Positions 52,610 to 61,696 of a stretch of 64,000 bases of DNA are shown here, piece after piece. A program made the translations under genes and the position numbers. Within the stretch, counting starts at the first letter, position 1, and each line of letters begins with the position of its first letter. The notes beneath the pieces are model-generated. The model did no database searches. It had not been told where the DNA came from and saw nothing but the letters and a program-made list of their open reading frames with translations. The stretch spans positions 5,890,001-5,954,000 of the forward strand of contig CAKKNE010000002.1 of assembly GCA_918797485.1 (NCBI GenBank). Direction: 5' to 3'. The DNA is from Pelagomonas calceolata. Its lineage: Eukaryota.

Positions 52610-55555
52610 TCAACTTACCGCCGCGTCCCGCGCCCGCGCCTCGAGCAGCCGCTGTTTCAAGAGAGACGGCTCCTCGCCCGTCGCCTTCGAGAGTTCGGCG
52701 ACGGCCCGGTCGAAGGCGGCCCTGTAGTCCTCGGACGGCGCCGCCGGGCCGCGCCCCAGCGCGTTGGAAACGACGGAGTTCGCGGTCGAAATTTTCGATT
52801 CCGGGAGCGCGTACGTCGCCGACGCGTACACGTCAAAGTCCATGCCGTTGCCGTCCCCCGAGATGAAGTCCAGGAATGCCTGCGTCACCTTCGGGATGTA
52901 GTGCACGTGCTCGTAGTGGAACTCCGGCGTCATCGTCGGCAGGCCGCAGACGTCCGTCGCGAACCGCTCCAGGTCGCCGCTTTCGTTGGGGAAGACGTAG
53001 GACACGTAGGACTGCGACGCCCGTACTTTGAGGGCCGCGTTCTTGATCCGGAGCTTGAACTGCCAGGGCCTTCCCAGCAACTGCGACAAGTCCTCGACGT
53101 CGGGTTGGTCCGAAAAGTTCTCCATCGCCGGGACCCACTCCATGTTCAGGACGCCGCAGTCGTGGTAGGGCGACGCCGACGCGTTCAGGCGCACGTCCTT
53201 GTCCTCGTCCTCGGTGTCGAAGCCGTACCCCACGTACTCGCAGAGGTGCGTCCCCGACGCGTAGTGGAACGTGTGATCGAAGAACAGCGCGACGGGGTCG
53301 TGCGCGTCCGGCACGGTGTACGCTTCGTGCGCCTCGAGCGCCATGACGACCTGCAGTTTCTCGTCCTGGAGCATCTGCAGGGTCCTCGTGAACTCGCTCT
53401 CGTTCAGGTAGCAGACCTGCTTCGTCGACTCGTGGAGCACGGACACCAAAACGCGGCCGTGCTCGCCCTCGGAGTTCGCCACGCGCGACAGGACGACCTC
53501 GAACTTCAGGACGGACCGGTCGAAGGCGCAGCAGACCTCGCGCGCGTCCTTGATGAGCTGGAGCACGCGCAGCACCTCGTGCTCGTCGAAGGACGCGACC
53601 GTCTTCGCCGCGTTCCTGTGCGGCGACTGGGCCGTCTCCGCGTCGGCGATCTCCGCGGACTGCTCGCGCAGCCTGTTGAGGACGTTCATCATGCCGGGCC
53701 GCGTGACCTTCTCCGCGGCCTCCTGGAGCTTCGTGCATTTGTTCACGTCCCGAAAGACTTCCGTGAGGTCCGTCTCCACCGTGCACGCGTGGCCCGGCCC
53801 GTGGTACATGAGGCACTCCTTGCCCATCTTGACCCAGTTGCCCCACTCGAGCCGGACCCGTTCGCCCTCGTCGACCTGCTTGCCGGCGACCCAGGTCTTG
53901 CCCTGGCCGCCGACCAGCGTGCACGCGAGCCCCTCCCGCTCGATGCGACAGTGGCCCGCGACGACCGAGAAGGACGGCGGCCGGCAGTCGCCGTCGGCGC
54001 CAAAGGCCGTGGAGCCCTCCCGCAGCGCGTAGAGGAATCGCCGCGACCGGAACTCGTCCTCGTCGATGTTCACGAGGTACGGCGCGTCCAGCTGGTCCGG
54101 CGACACGTTCTCGAAGAGCGTGATGCCCCGCTGCCGGTACTGCTCCTCCTTCTTCTTCTGCTCCGCGGCCCGGGCGGCGGCCTCCTCGCCGCCGTCGTTC
54201 ACCGCGGACTGCAGGGCCGTCTGGCTCTCGAGCAGCTGCGCCTGCAGCTTGGCCACCTCCTCGGGGCTCGCCGAGGACGCCGCGGCCCGCAGCTCGGCGA
54301 CCATCTTCTTGTACTTCTCGAGCTCGGCCATCAGGCGCCGCTCCGCCGCCGACGCCGCCGTCGTGGCCTTCTTCGGGTTCAGGCGGACGCACGACGCGTT
54401 CCGCGCGAAGCCCAGCGTGCTGAACGTGTACTTGAGGTACGCGGCCTCGGGCCGCACGGCGCAGAGGAGGTAGGTCTTCGCCTGGAGCATCGTGTCCTTC
54501 AGGTACTTGCACAAAAAATAGGTGTTGTTGCCCGGGATCGACGCCCCCGGCTTGAGCTTCTTGGCGCGCGTCAGCTCGGCCATCTTCATGAAGAACATGG
54601 CCATCTCCGAGAGCGACAGGTTGATCTTCTTGCCCTGGGCCCGCAGCTCCTTCGTCTTGGCCTGGTCCTGGTGGGGCCCGACCAGCTTCTGCTCCGTCGT
54701 GCCGTCGTCCATCTGCACGCTCTCGTAGTTCGCGAAGTAGATGTCGCCCGCCGGCTCCGTGCCCGCGAGGTCGCAGACGTAGACCCGCCCCCTTTTTTTG
54801 ATCGACGGGTCCTGCTCGTCCGGCATGAGCACCTCGATGGTCATGATGCAGTGGCCCCGCGTCGACTGCGGGTTGAACTGCGTCGGCGCGATGGCCTTCC
54901 GCGCGTTCGCCGCGATGAAGGCCTTCCGCAGGTCGCCCCAGCTGTTCAGCACGGTGCTCTGGCACCACTGGATGTCCATGAAGCCGTCCTGGTCCTTGCG
55001 CATGCCCTCCTTGTAGACCTTCTCCGTCGCCTGGGGCGAGGCGAGGTCCCGCACCGTCTCGACGACGTTCTGGAAGTACTTCATCGTCACCTTCCAGCCG
55101 TCCTTCCGGTCCTGGAAGATGTCCCAGGCCAGGCGCGGGAGGATGCCCCAGGAGCTGTGGGGCGTCTCGTGGTAGAACCAGCTGTTCTTGTTCTTGACGT
55201 CGTCCGTGCCGAAGACGGTGTAGGTCTTGCCCGACCCGCTCAGCCCGTACGCGAAGAGCACGACGGCGTTGCCGTCGTACAGGTCCTTCTTGATCTTGGC
55301 GCCGACGCTCCCGTAGACGTCGTCCTGGCTCACGACCGACATGTTCTCGCAGTAGCCCCTGTCCTTGGCGTCGCAGTAGTGCTTCCAGTTGAAGGCCGTC
55401 CACCAGCTGTAGTTGAAACTAAAGAACTTCGTGCTGTAATCGGAGTTGAGCAGCTCGATGCTGCCTTCCTCGGGCTTGACCTGCTGCATGTCGACGCCCA
55501 GGCGGTCCTCCCGCGTCCAGGGCCGGCTCCGCACGGCGACCTGGATCTGGGCCAT
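52610..55555 (-). CDS. Kinesin motor with FHA-like and C2-like regions (kinesin-3-like)
   Basis: VAVRSRP, FAYGLSGSGKTYT, DLAGTE, INLSL, STLGFA; PYLVNIDED FHA lead-in. Confidence 0.85.
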   Translation of the reverse strand: MAQIQVAVRSRPWTREDRLGVDMQQVKPEEGSIELLNSDYSTKFFSFNYSWWTAFNWKHYCDAKDRGYCENMSVVSQDDVYGSVGAKIKKDLYDGNAVVLFAYGLSGSGKTYTVFGTDDVKNKNSWFYHETPHSSWGILPRLAWDIFQDRKDGWKVTMKYFQNVVETVRDLASPQATEKVYKEGMRKDQDGFMDIQWCQSTVLNSWGDLRKAFIAANARKAIAPTQFNPQSTRGHCIMTIEVLMPDEQDPSIKKRGRVYVCDLAGTEPAGDIYFANYESVQMDDGTTEQKLVGPHQDQAKTKELRAQGKKINLSLSEMAMFFMKMAELTRAKKLKPGASIPGNNTYFLCKYLKDTMLQAKTYLLCAVRPEAAYLKYTFSTLGFARNASCVRLNPKKATTAASAAERRLMAELEKYKKMVAELRAAASSASPEEVAKLQAQLLESQTALQSAVNDGGEEAAARAAEQKKKEEQYRQRGITLFENVSPDQLDAPYLVNIDEDEFRSRRFLYALREGSTAFGADGDCRPPSFSVVAGHCRIEREGLACTLVGGQGKTWVAGKQVDEGERVRLEWGNWVKMGKECLMYHGPGHACTVETDLTEVFRDVNKCTKLQEAAEKVTRPGMMNVLNRLREQSAEIADAETAQSPHRNAAKTVASFDEHEVLRVLQLIKDAREVCCAFDRSVLKFEVVLSRVANSEGEHGRVLVSVLHESTKQVCYLNESEFTRTLQMLQDEKLQVVMALEAHEAYTVPDAHDPVALFFDHTFHYASGTHLCEYVGYGFDTEDEDKDVRLNASASPYHDCGVLNMEWVPAMENFSDQPDVEDLSQLLGRPWQFKLRIKNAALKVRASQSYVSYVFPNESGDLERFATDVCGLPTMTPEFHYEHVHYIPKVTQAFLDFISGDGNGMDFDVYASATYALPESKISTANSVVSNALGRGPAAPSEDYRAAFDRAVAELSKATGEEPSLLKQRLLEARARDAAVS

Positions 55556-55967
55556 GGTTGGTGGGGCGAGGGCTCTCTCCTCGCTCCTGGCCCGCGTCAG
55601 GGAGCGCGTCGACGGGCGTCAGCGCTGCTTTCGTCGCTGCCCCGCCGGTCGCGACGTCGCGAGGGCCCTGCGACCAAGCTCTGCGCACGCTCTTACGTCG
55701 GTGGAGGTTTTTTGGCAGCGCCACCCGCTTTAACTCCTGCGCCGGCAGAGTCGTGCCCCGTACGCTTTGAACGTACGCGTCCCGTCCACCCCGGGATCGC
55801 TCGACAGGCGTATAGAGCGATGCGCTCGCCGCGAGGACGGCTGGCGCCCGCAACTCATCGACAAGCCAAAGTTGCTCTCCTCCGGCAGGACAGGGGGCTC
55901 CGCGGCGCTGCCGGGGCACGGGCAGCTAACGTGCCGCCCGACGGCCGAGCAGCAGTCTCGAGCCAAG

Positions 55968-56094
55968 AAATACCGTGTCGGCTGGGCGGGGCAGCCCCGG
56001 CGCGCGTTGCCATTCGTGGGGGCAGCCTCCCACAAAAATACCGTGTCGGCTAGGCGGGGCAGCACGCGTTGCCATTCGTAGGGGCAGCCTCCCA
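55968..56094. repeat. About 60-65-bp tandem duplication in the kinesin/kelch intergenic region
   Basis: aaataccgtgtcggct...gttgccattcgt.ggggcagcctccca at 55968-56032 and 56036-56094. Confidence 0.85.
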
Positions 56095-56099
56095 GCAAG

Positions 56100-58673
56100 A
56101 TGTGGCGCGCCGCAAATCTCGCATGTTGCCGAGTCGTAAAAACTTGATCGCCCTCCACGCCATCGACGCGACACCTTCGCTTTTCACACAGGAGCCGCAC
56201 AACGGCGAGCCGCCCATGCGCACGCACGCGGCGTCCTGCGTGCTCGGGTCCAAGGTCTACGTCTTCGGCGGGCTCGGCGCGGGCGCCTCGAACCAGCTCT
56301 GGGCGCTCGACACGATCCTCCACCGCTGGGAGCGGCTCCTGCCCCCAGGCCCAAAGCCGCCGGCGAGGAGTGCCGCCACCCTCGCCGGCGACGACGACGC
56401 CCACGCCGTGTACCTGTTCGGCGGCCTGGGGCGGGTGAAGCGGGACTACCTCAAGAAGCGCGACGGCGTGCCCGGCGCGACCCTCCGGACCCAGCTCCAC
56501 GCGCAGCGGTCCATGTTTTCGGACGTGTGGCGCTTCGACGGGACGGCGAAGCGGTGGGAGGAGCTCACCTTCATCCACATGTGCCCCGCCCCCCGGAGGG
56601 GCCACACGGCGACCTACTGCTCCGGCCGGGTCCTCGTCGAGGAGCCCGAGGAAACGAGCGTCGACGGCACGGAGGCGACGTCGTTCACGGAGGCGACGTC
56701 CGCGGACGGGACCGAGGCCAGGTCGCTGGTCGAGGAGGGCGCGCTCCTCCCAAAGTACATGGTCGTCGTCGGGGGCGCCGTGCCGGACCCCAAGGGCTTC
56801 GAGCACATCGCGGGGACGCCGGTCTGGGCCCTCGACCTGAATCGGAGGAAGTGGCTCCACCTCCCGACGACCGGGTACGCGGAGGCGGCGTACCGGTTCG
56901 AGCACACGACGACGAAGCTCGGGGAGCGGCTGTTCGTGGTCGGCGGCATGACGATGCCCCTGTGCGACGGCCAGGACTGGAAGCCGCCCCAGGGCAACGA
57001 CCTGGTCTTCGGGGCGATGCGCTGGGGGCGCGTCGTCGACGACGTCGCGTGCTGTGTGGAAATCAACCAGTGCGTCGGGTGCACCCGACGATTCTTCACT
57101 AAGTCATTTCTTGGCGATGACGCGGCCGACCTGGCTCGGTCGAGTGGCGAGGAACCGGCATCGCCACGCCATCGAGCAGGCGTCGCGTCGATGGCGTGGA
57201 GGACGACGCGATGATTCAGCACGAACGCGCCGTAAAATTTTGATTTCCGCACAGGTCGCGTGCCTGGACCTGGAGACGCTCGTGTGGTCCCGGCTCGACG
57301 TCGACGGGCCGCCCCTGGCCGTGCGCGGCCACGCGGCCTGCGAGTCGCCCCTGAGACCGGGCGAATTGCTCGTCGTCGGCGGCCGCGCGCCCGCGTCGTC
57401 GAAGAAGCTGGAGCAGGACTCCCAGATCGAGTTCTTTGACGACGAAGTGGACGTGGACGACGGGACGCTCAAGGTCCGGGCGCTGAGGGTCGACGACCCC
57501 GTGCCCAAGTTCAGGATCCTGCCGATGGCCGGCCAGGCGCCGCCCGACTCCTACGGCCACGTCTGCGTGGGCTGGCGGGCCGACGCGCTGTCCTTCGAGA
57601 AGCTGCGGCGGGACCGGGGCGAGGAGCTGGAGAAGCACGCCGTCGCCATCCCCGGCGGCGCCGCGCGCGAGGCGCCGGCGCGCAAGAAGAAGAAGAAGAA
57701 GAAGCGGGGCCAGAAGGAGAAGCCGCCGCCCCGGGGCCTGCAGGGCGTGCTCGGCAACGCGCTGTGCCTCGAGCAGGCCTGCCTGCTCTGCTACGGCGGG
57801 GCGACCTCGGACTCGTCGTACGGCCCGCTGGCTCTCCACCTGTTCGACATGGCGTGGGGGCCGCCGCCGGACTCGGAGGACGAGGACGAGGCGGGCGACG
57901 TGTGGCGGCGGCCGACGACGCCCGAGGGGCCGGCGACGCCCCAGTTCTCGCCGATCAAGGAGGACGCGCTGCGGGGCGTCCAGGGCTCGCGCTGCGGCTC
58001 GCCCGACCTGTTCCGGCCCTCGACGGGGTCGTCGCACGGCTCGCGCGCGGAGCGGCGGCGGGCGGAGCAGGACCGGCGCTTCTTCGTCGAGCAGCTCGAG
58101 AAGCACGGCGGCCAGTTGCCCGAGTCGTACGCCCTCATGAAGGCGGTCATGGAGCGGCGCGCGCCGGGGCTGCGGACGAGCCGCCTGAGACCCGGCATGA
58201 AGGCGCCCGCCGACCCGCCGTGGCAGCGGGCCCAGACGGCGCCGCTCCTGCAGCTCCCGGGCGCGCGCATGTCGCTCGGGTCGCGGCCGGGCTCGCGCGC
58301 GTCGTCGCGGCCCGCGTCGCGGCCCGGCTCGCGGCGGCCGTCCTCGACGAACCGCCCGCGCACGTCCGCCGGCGACCGGCCGCCCACGAGCGGCTCCGCG
58401 CGACCGACGACGGGCGACCGGCTCGGCGCCGCCGCGCGCGCGCTGGCGCCGCGGCCGAGCACGACGCAGACCGTCCGCACGGTCGGCCGCGCGACGCTCG
58501 GCCGCGGCAGTCTGCTGGACGTGGGGCACCGGACGCTCGCGGAGCTGCCCGACGCAAACACGACGATCTGGCGCGCGCGGGACATCTTCCGGGTCAACGT
58601 CGAGGCCACGGAGGAGCACGCGTTCCAGACCATGCGCGAGGCGACGCTGGGGCGGCCGCGGACGGCTTTCTAA
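56100..58673 (+). CDS. Kelch-repeat protein with disordered C-terminus; introner intron 57044-57254, possible 5' intron ending 56191
   Basis: VYVFGG, YLFGG, PAPRRGHTA, FVVGG; spliced DDVACLDLETLVW; start uncertain. Confidence 0.8.
57052..57254 (+). mobile_element. Full-length introner (203 bp), intron 57044-57254
   Basis: TIRs with one mismatch (ccgcacag); TSD gtcgcgtg on both sides. Confidence 0.95.
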
Positions 58674-58693
58674 TCTTATCGGTTCTTAGCTTG

Positions 58694-58714
58694 CTAGTGT
58701 CTTACTACAGCGCC
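58694..58714 (+). promoter_or_regulatory. Half copy of the CTAG motif between convergent genes
   Basis: ctagtgtcttac then diverges (tacagcgcc); right CTAG absent. Confidence 0.35.
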
Positions 58715-58808
58715 GCGGGAGCCCTGGAAACAGCCTCACTGGCAGGCCGCTGCTTGCCAACTTGAACTGGTGCTAGTCATTTTTTATCGAATTCGGAACA
58801 ACTAAAAT

Positions 58809-60185
58809 TTAACTGCCTCTCACCGGCGACCCGGGCGGAAACGCGCCCTCGCGCAGGTACTCGAAGTCCTCGATCGACGTATCCAGGGACGCGTCCGACG
58901 CCGTCGTGTAGCCCGCGCCCCGCCCCCGCAGGAAGGCGGGCACGTTGCGCGACCCGACGGACGCGTCGTCGGCCATCTTCTCGGCGACGGTCGCCAGCAG
59001 CGGCGCCGCGAGCCGCTTGCGGCGCAGGTCCTCCCAGTTGATGGACGCGAAGAACGCCATCTGCTTCAGCGCGGCCACGCCGCCGACCTCGAACATCGTC
59101 GCCTTCTGGGCGCCCAGCCGCCGGGGCACGCGCCGCTCCAGCAGCCCGCGCAGGACCGCGACCGAGTGCGCGCCGAAGACGGGCGGGAACCTCGGCTTCT
59201 CCGTCAGGATCTTGCGGTGGAGCTCCTTCGTCTCGCGGTGGTAGAAGGGCGGCTCGCCCGCGAGCATCTCGTAGACCAGCACGCCCAGGCTCCAGAAGTC
59301 CACGGGCTTGCCGTAGCTCCGCCGCGCGACCATCTCGGGCGCCATGTAGATGTCCGTGCCGCACAGCGTCCGGTGGACCTGCGCGCGCGCCGGGCGACTG
59401 CGACAGCGCGCCGCGACCGTCGGGGACGCCGCGGGCGACCTCGGCGTCGGACTCGAACATCTTCGCGAGGCCGAAGTCCGTCACCTGCGGGCAAGGCAAA
59501 AGGTCGACGGGCCGGCGCCCGGGCCGCGGCGCGGCCGGTCGGTCTCCGCGCGGCCCGGCACGACGCAGTGCGCGCGGTCGTCCAGCAGCAGGTTCTCGGG
59601 CTTGAGGTCGCGGTGGATCACGCCGGAGGCGTGGAGGTGCTCGAGGGCCAGCGTGACCTCGGCCGCGTAGAAGCTCGAGATTTCCTCGGAGAACGCGCCG
59701 CGCTCCCGCAGAGTTTCGAAGAGCTCGCCGCCCGGGAGGTAGGCCATGACCAGGAAGAAGTGGGACAGCGTCTGGAAGGAGCCCAGCAGGGGCACGATGT
59801 AGGGGTGCGGCTCGATCCTCACCAAGACGTCCCGCTCGAGCCGCCAGATGCGCTGCGCGATCTTCTTCCGCCGCAACACCTTCTTGGAGATGGTCTTCAC
59901 GGCGTACCGCGTCCCGGTCTTCTTGTGCGTCGCCAGGACGACCTGGCCGAAGGCGCCGACCCCGATCTCCCGCTCGAAGGAGAAGTCGCCGGGCTCCAGC
60001 GCGCGGCCCGCGCCGCTCCTTTCGTCGGCGGCCGCGGCCGCGGCGGCGGTCGCGGCGTAGAGGGCGCGCCAGGAGAAGCGCGCGGGCGGCGGGCGGGTCA
60101 CGTCGACTGCGTCGTAGACGAGGCCGGGCTCCCGCGCCACGTCCGCGGCCAGCACGCGGAGGCCGAGCCGCGGCTCGCAGGCCAT
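58809..60185 (-). CDS. AGC Ser/Thr kinase (S6K/SGK-like); exons 60185-59562, 59484-59440, 59378-58809
   Basis: IGVGAFGQV, YAVK, HRDLKPEN, spliced HCVVTDFGLAK, TLCGTDIYMAPE, DFWSLG. Confidence 0.9.
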
Positions 60186-60323
60186 GGCCTGCGCTACCGA
60201 TTTCGGCGCGAGTGCTCAATTGATCTTGCACGCAGGACCTTCCTGCTTTTAGTGATTGCACCGCTCAATTGATTGCTCAGCTGGACTTGCGCAGGACAGC
60301 GCCTGCTTTTTTGGCTCGACATG

Positions 60324-60343
60324 CTAGCGTTTAAAGATACTAG
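60324..60343 (-). promoter_or_regulatory. CTAG-bounded motif, variant
   Basis: ctagcgtttaaagatactag between divergent genes. Confidence 0.45.
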
Positions 60344-60382
60344 GGGTGAAGCTGCGTCGAAACATGACGCGCTAACAACAAG

Positions 60383-61483
60383 ATGCGGCGACGCAACAAG
60401 CCCCGAGGCCTAAAGGCCCTGGCTGCTTTGCTTAGTGCAGCAGCCATCATACTTTTAGCGGTGCGCCAGCGCTCGACGACGCCGCCGCCGAGGGCGCTCG
60501 TCAAGTCCGAGAGCAAAGCCTCGGAAGCGCTGCGGGCGGTACGGGCCGCGGACGCGCGCACGCGCGACGCCGAGGCGCGCGCCGCGTACGCCGACCACGT
60601 GGCCCAGGAGGCCAAGGGCGACGCCGAACGGCGCGAAGAGCTGAACCAGGCGCTGCGAGCGCGAGCGCAGGCCGCCGAAGCCGCCGCGAGCGCGGCGGAA
60701 GCTCGGGAGCAGGCGAGCAATGCGCGCGCCGCGGCGGCCGAGCGCCGGGCGGCGCAAGCGGAGGCGGCGCTCAAAGCTCGGGAGCAGGCGAGCAATGCGC
60801 GCGCCGCGGCGGCCGAGCGCCGGGCGGCGCAAGCGGAGGCGGCGCTCGGAGCCGCGAAGCCGGTCGCCGCGGCGGGCGCGGCGGAAGCTCGGGAGCAGGC
60901 GAGCAATGCGCGCGCCGCGGCGGCCGAGCGCCGGGCGGCGCAGATCCGTTTCACCTGCGACATCCAAAAGGAGGTCGCGAAATACCGCAACCTCCAGAAT
61001 TTAAAGTTACTTTTCGACGGAAGAAGAGTAGGCAACTCGACGCTCGGCCCGCTCATGCGCAAGACAGGCTCGTCGACGATGGATCGCTTCGCCGGGCCAA
61101 GTGCAAACCGCGTCCGCCGCGCGGCGGATTACCTCCACACAAATATCGTGGCGTCCGTGCGCGACCCCATCGAGCGCTTCGCGAGCGGCTATCGCCAGGT
61201 CGAGACGTTCTACGAGCTGGGCTGGATCCCGAAGCACTTTTTTAAGGGGGAATGCGTACTGCGATGGACGCGCGACGACTGCGCGGGGAACCCAAGGATG
61301 AAATCTGGATATGTCCTCGCGAAGCGCAAAGTGCCCGCCGCGGCGGCCGCGCGGCGCCGGACGCGACAGATCCGGCGGCTCCACGTCGTGGAGGCGCGGC
61401 GATCTCGGAGCGGCGCGCCCGCCCGGCACCGCTCAATTGATTGCTCAGCTGGACTCAGCTGGACTGGTGCGGAGAGCGTGTGA
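60383..61483 (+). CDS. Type II membrane sulfotransferase-like protein, probably C-terminally truncated
   Basis: TM anchor, AREQASNARAAAAERRAAQ repeats, PAPS-like MRKTGSST and SVRDPIERFASGY. Confidence 0.7.
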   Translation: MRRRNKPRGLKALAALLSAAAIILLAVRQRSTTPPPRALVKSESKASEALRAVRAADARTRDAEARAAYADHVAQEAKGDAERREELNQALRARAQAAEAAASAAEAREQASNARAAAAERRAAQAEAALKAREQASNARAAAAERRAAQAEAALGAAKPVAAAGAAEAREQASNARAAAAERRAAQIRFTCDIQKEVAKYRNLQNLKLLFDGRRVGNSTLGPLMRKTGSSTMDRFAGPSANRVRRAADYLHTNIVASVRDPIERFASGYRQVETFYELGWIPKHFFKGECVLRWTRDDCAGNPRMKSGYVLAKRKVPAAAAARRRTRQIRRLHVVEARRSRSGAPARHRSIDCSAGLSWTGAESV

Positions 61484-61484
61484 G

Positions 61485-61504
61485 CTAGCGGTCTAAGACA
61501 CTAG
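61485..61504 (-). promoter_or_regulatory. CTAG-bounded motif, variant
   Basis: ctagcggtctaagacactag. Confidence 0.55.
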
Positions 61505-61541
61505 GGGGCAAAAGGCTTCCAGGGCTCCGCGCTTAGGTGGG

Positions 61542-61563
61542 CTAGCGGCCTGTAAGACACTAG
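61542..61563 (-). promoter_or_regulatory. CTAG-bounded 22-bp motif, perfect
   Basis: ctagcggcctgtaagacactag upstream of ATG 61697. Confidence 0.65.
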
Positions 61564-61696
61564 CAAGCAAGTCCTCCGCGTCGTCGAGACATGACGCGCT
61601 AACGACTGCTCGCGCCGCGCCTCAGGCGCGACACCTCGGCCTCGTGCAGCGCCAGGAACGCCTCCGTCCGCTCAGAAGCCTCGTCCCACCGCGGAG

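Noticed and set aside
52833..56053. Very long antisense or alternate-frame ORFs (e.g. 52901-56053, 42315-44204, 10372-12348)
   Set aside because: Shadow ORFs caused by high GC3 in the real genes; Arg/Gly/Pro-rich with no motifs.
5926..61563. CTAG motif or introners as a CRISPR array or as cloning scars (NheI/SpeI-like)
   Set aside because: Copies are dispersed kilobases apart with no spacer periodicity and no cas genes. They are naturally degenerate and tied to gene 5' regions.
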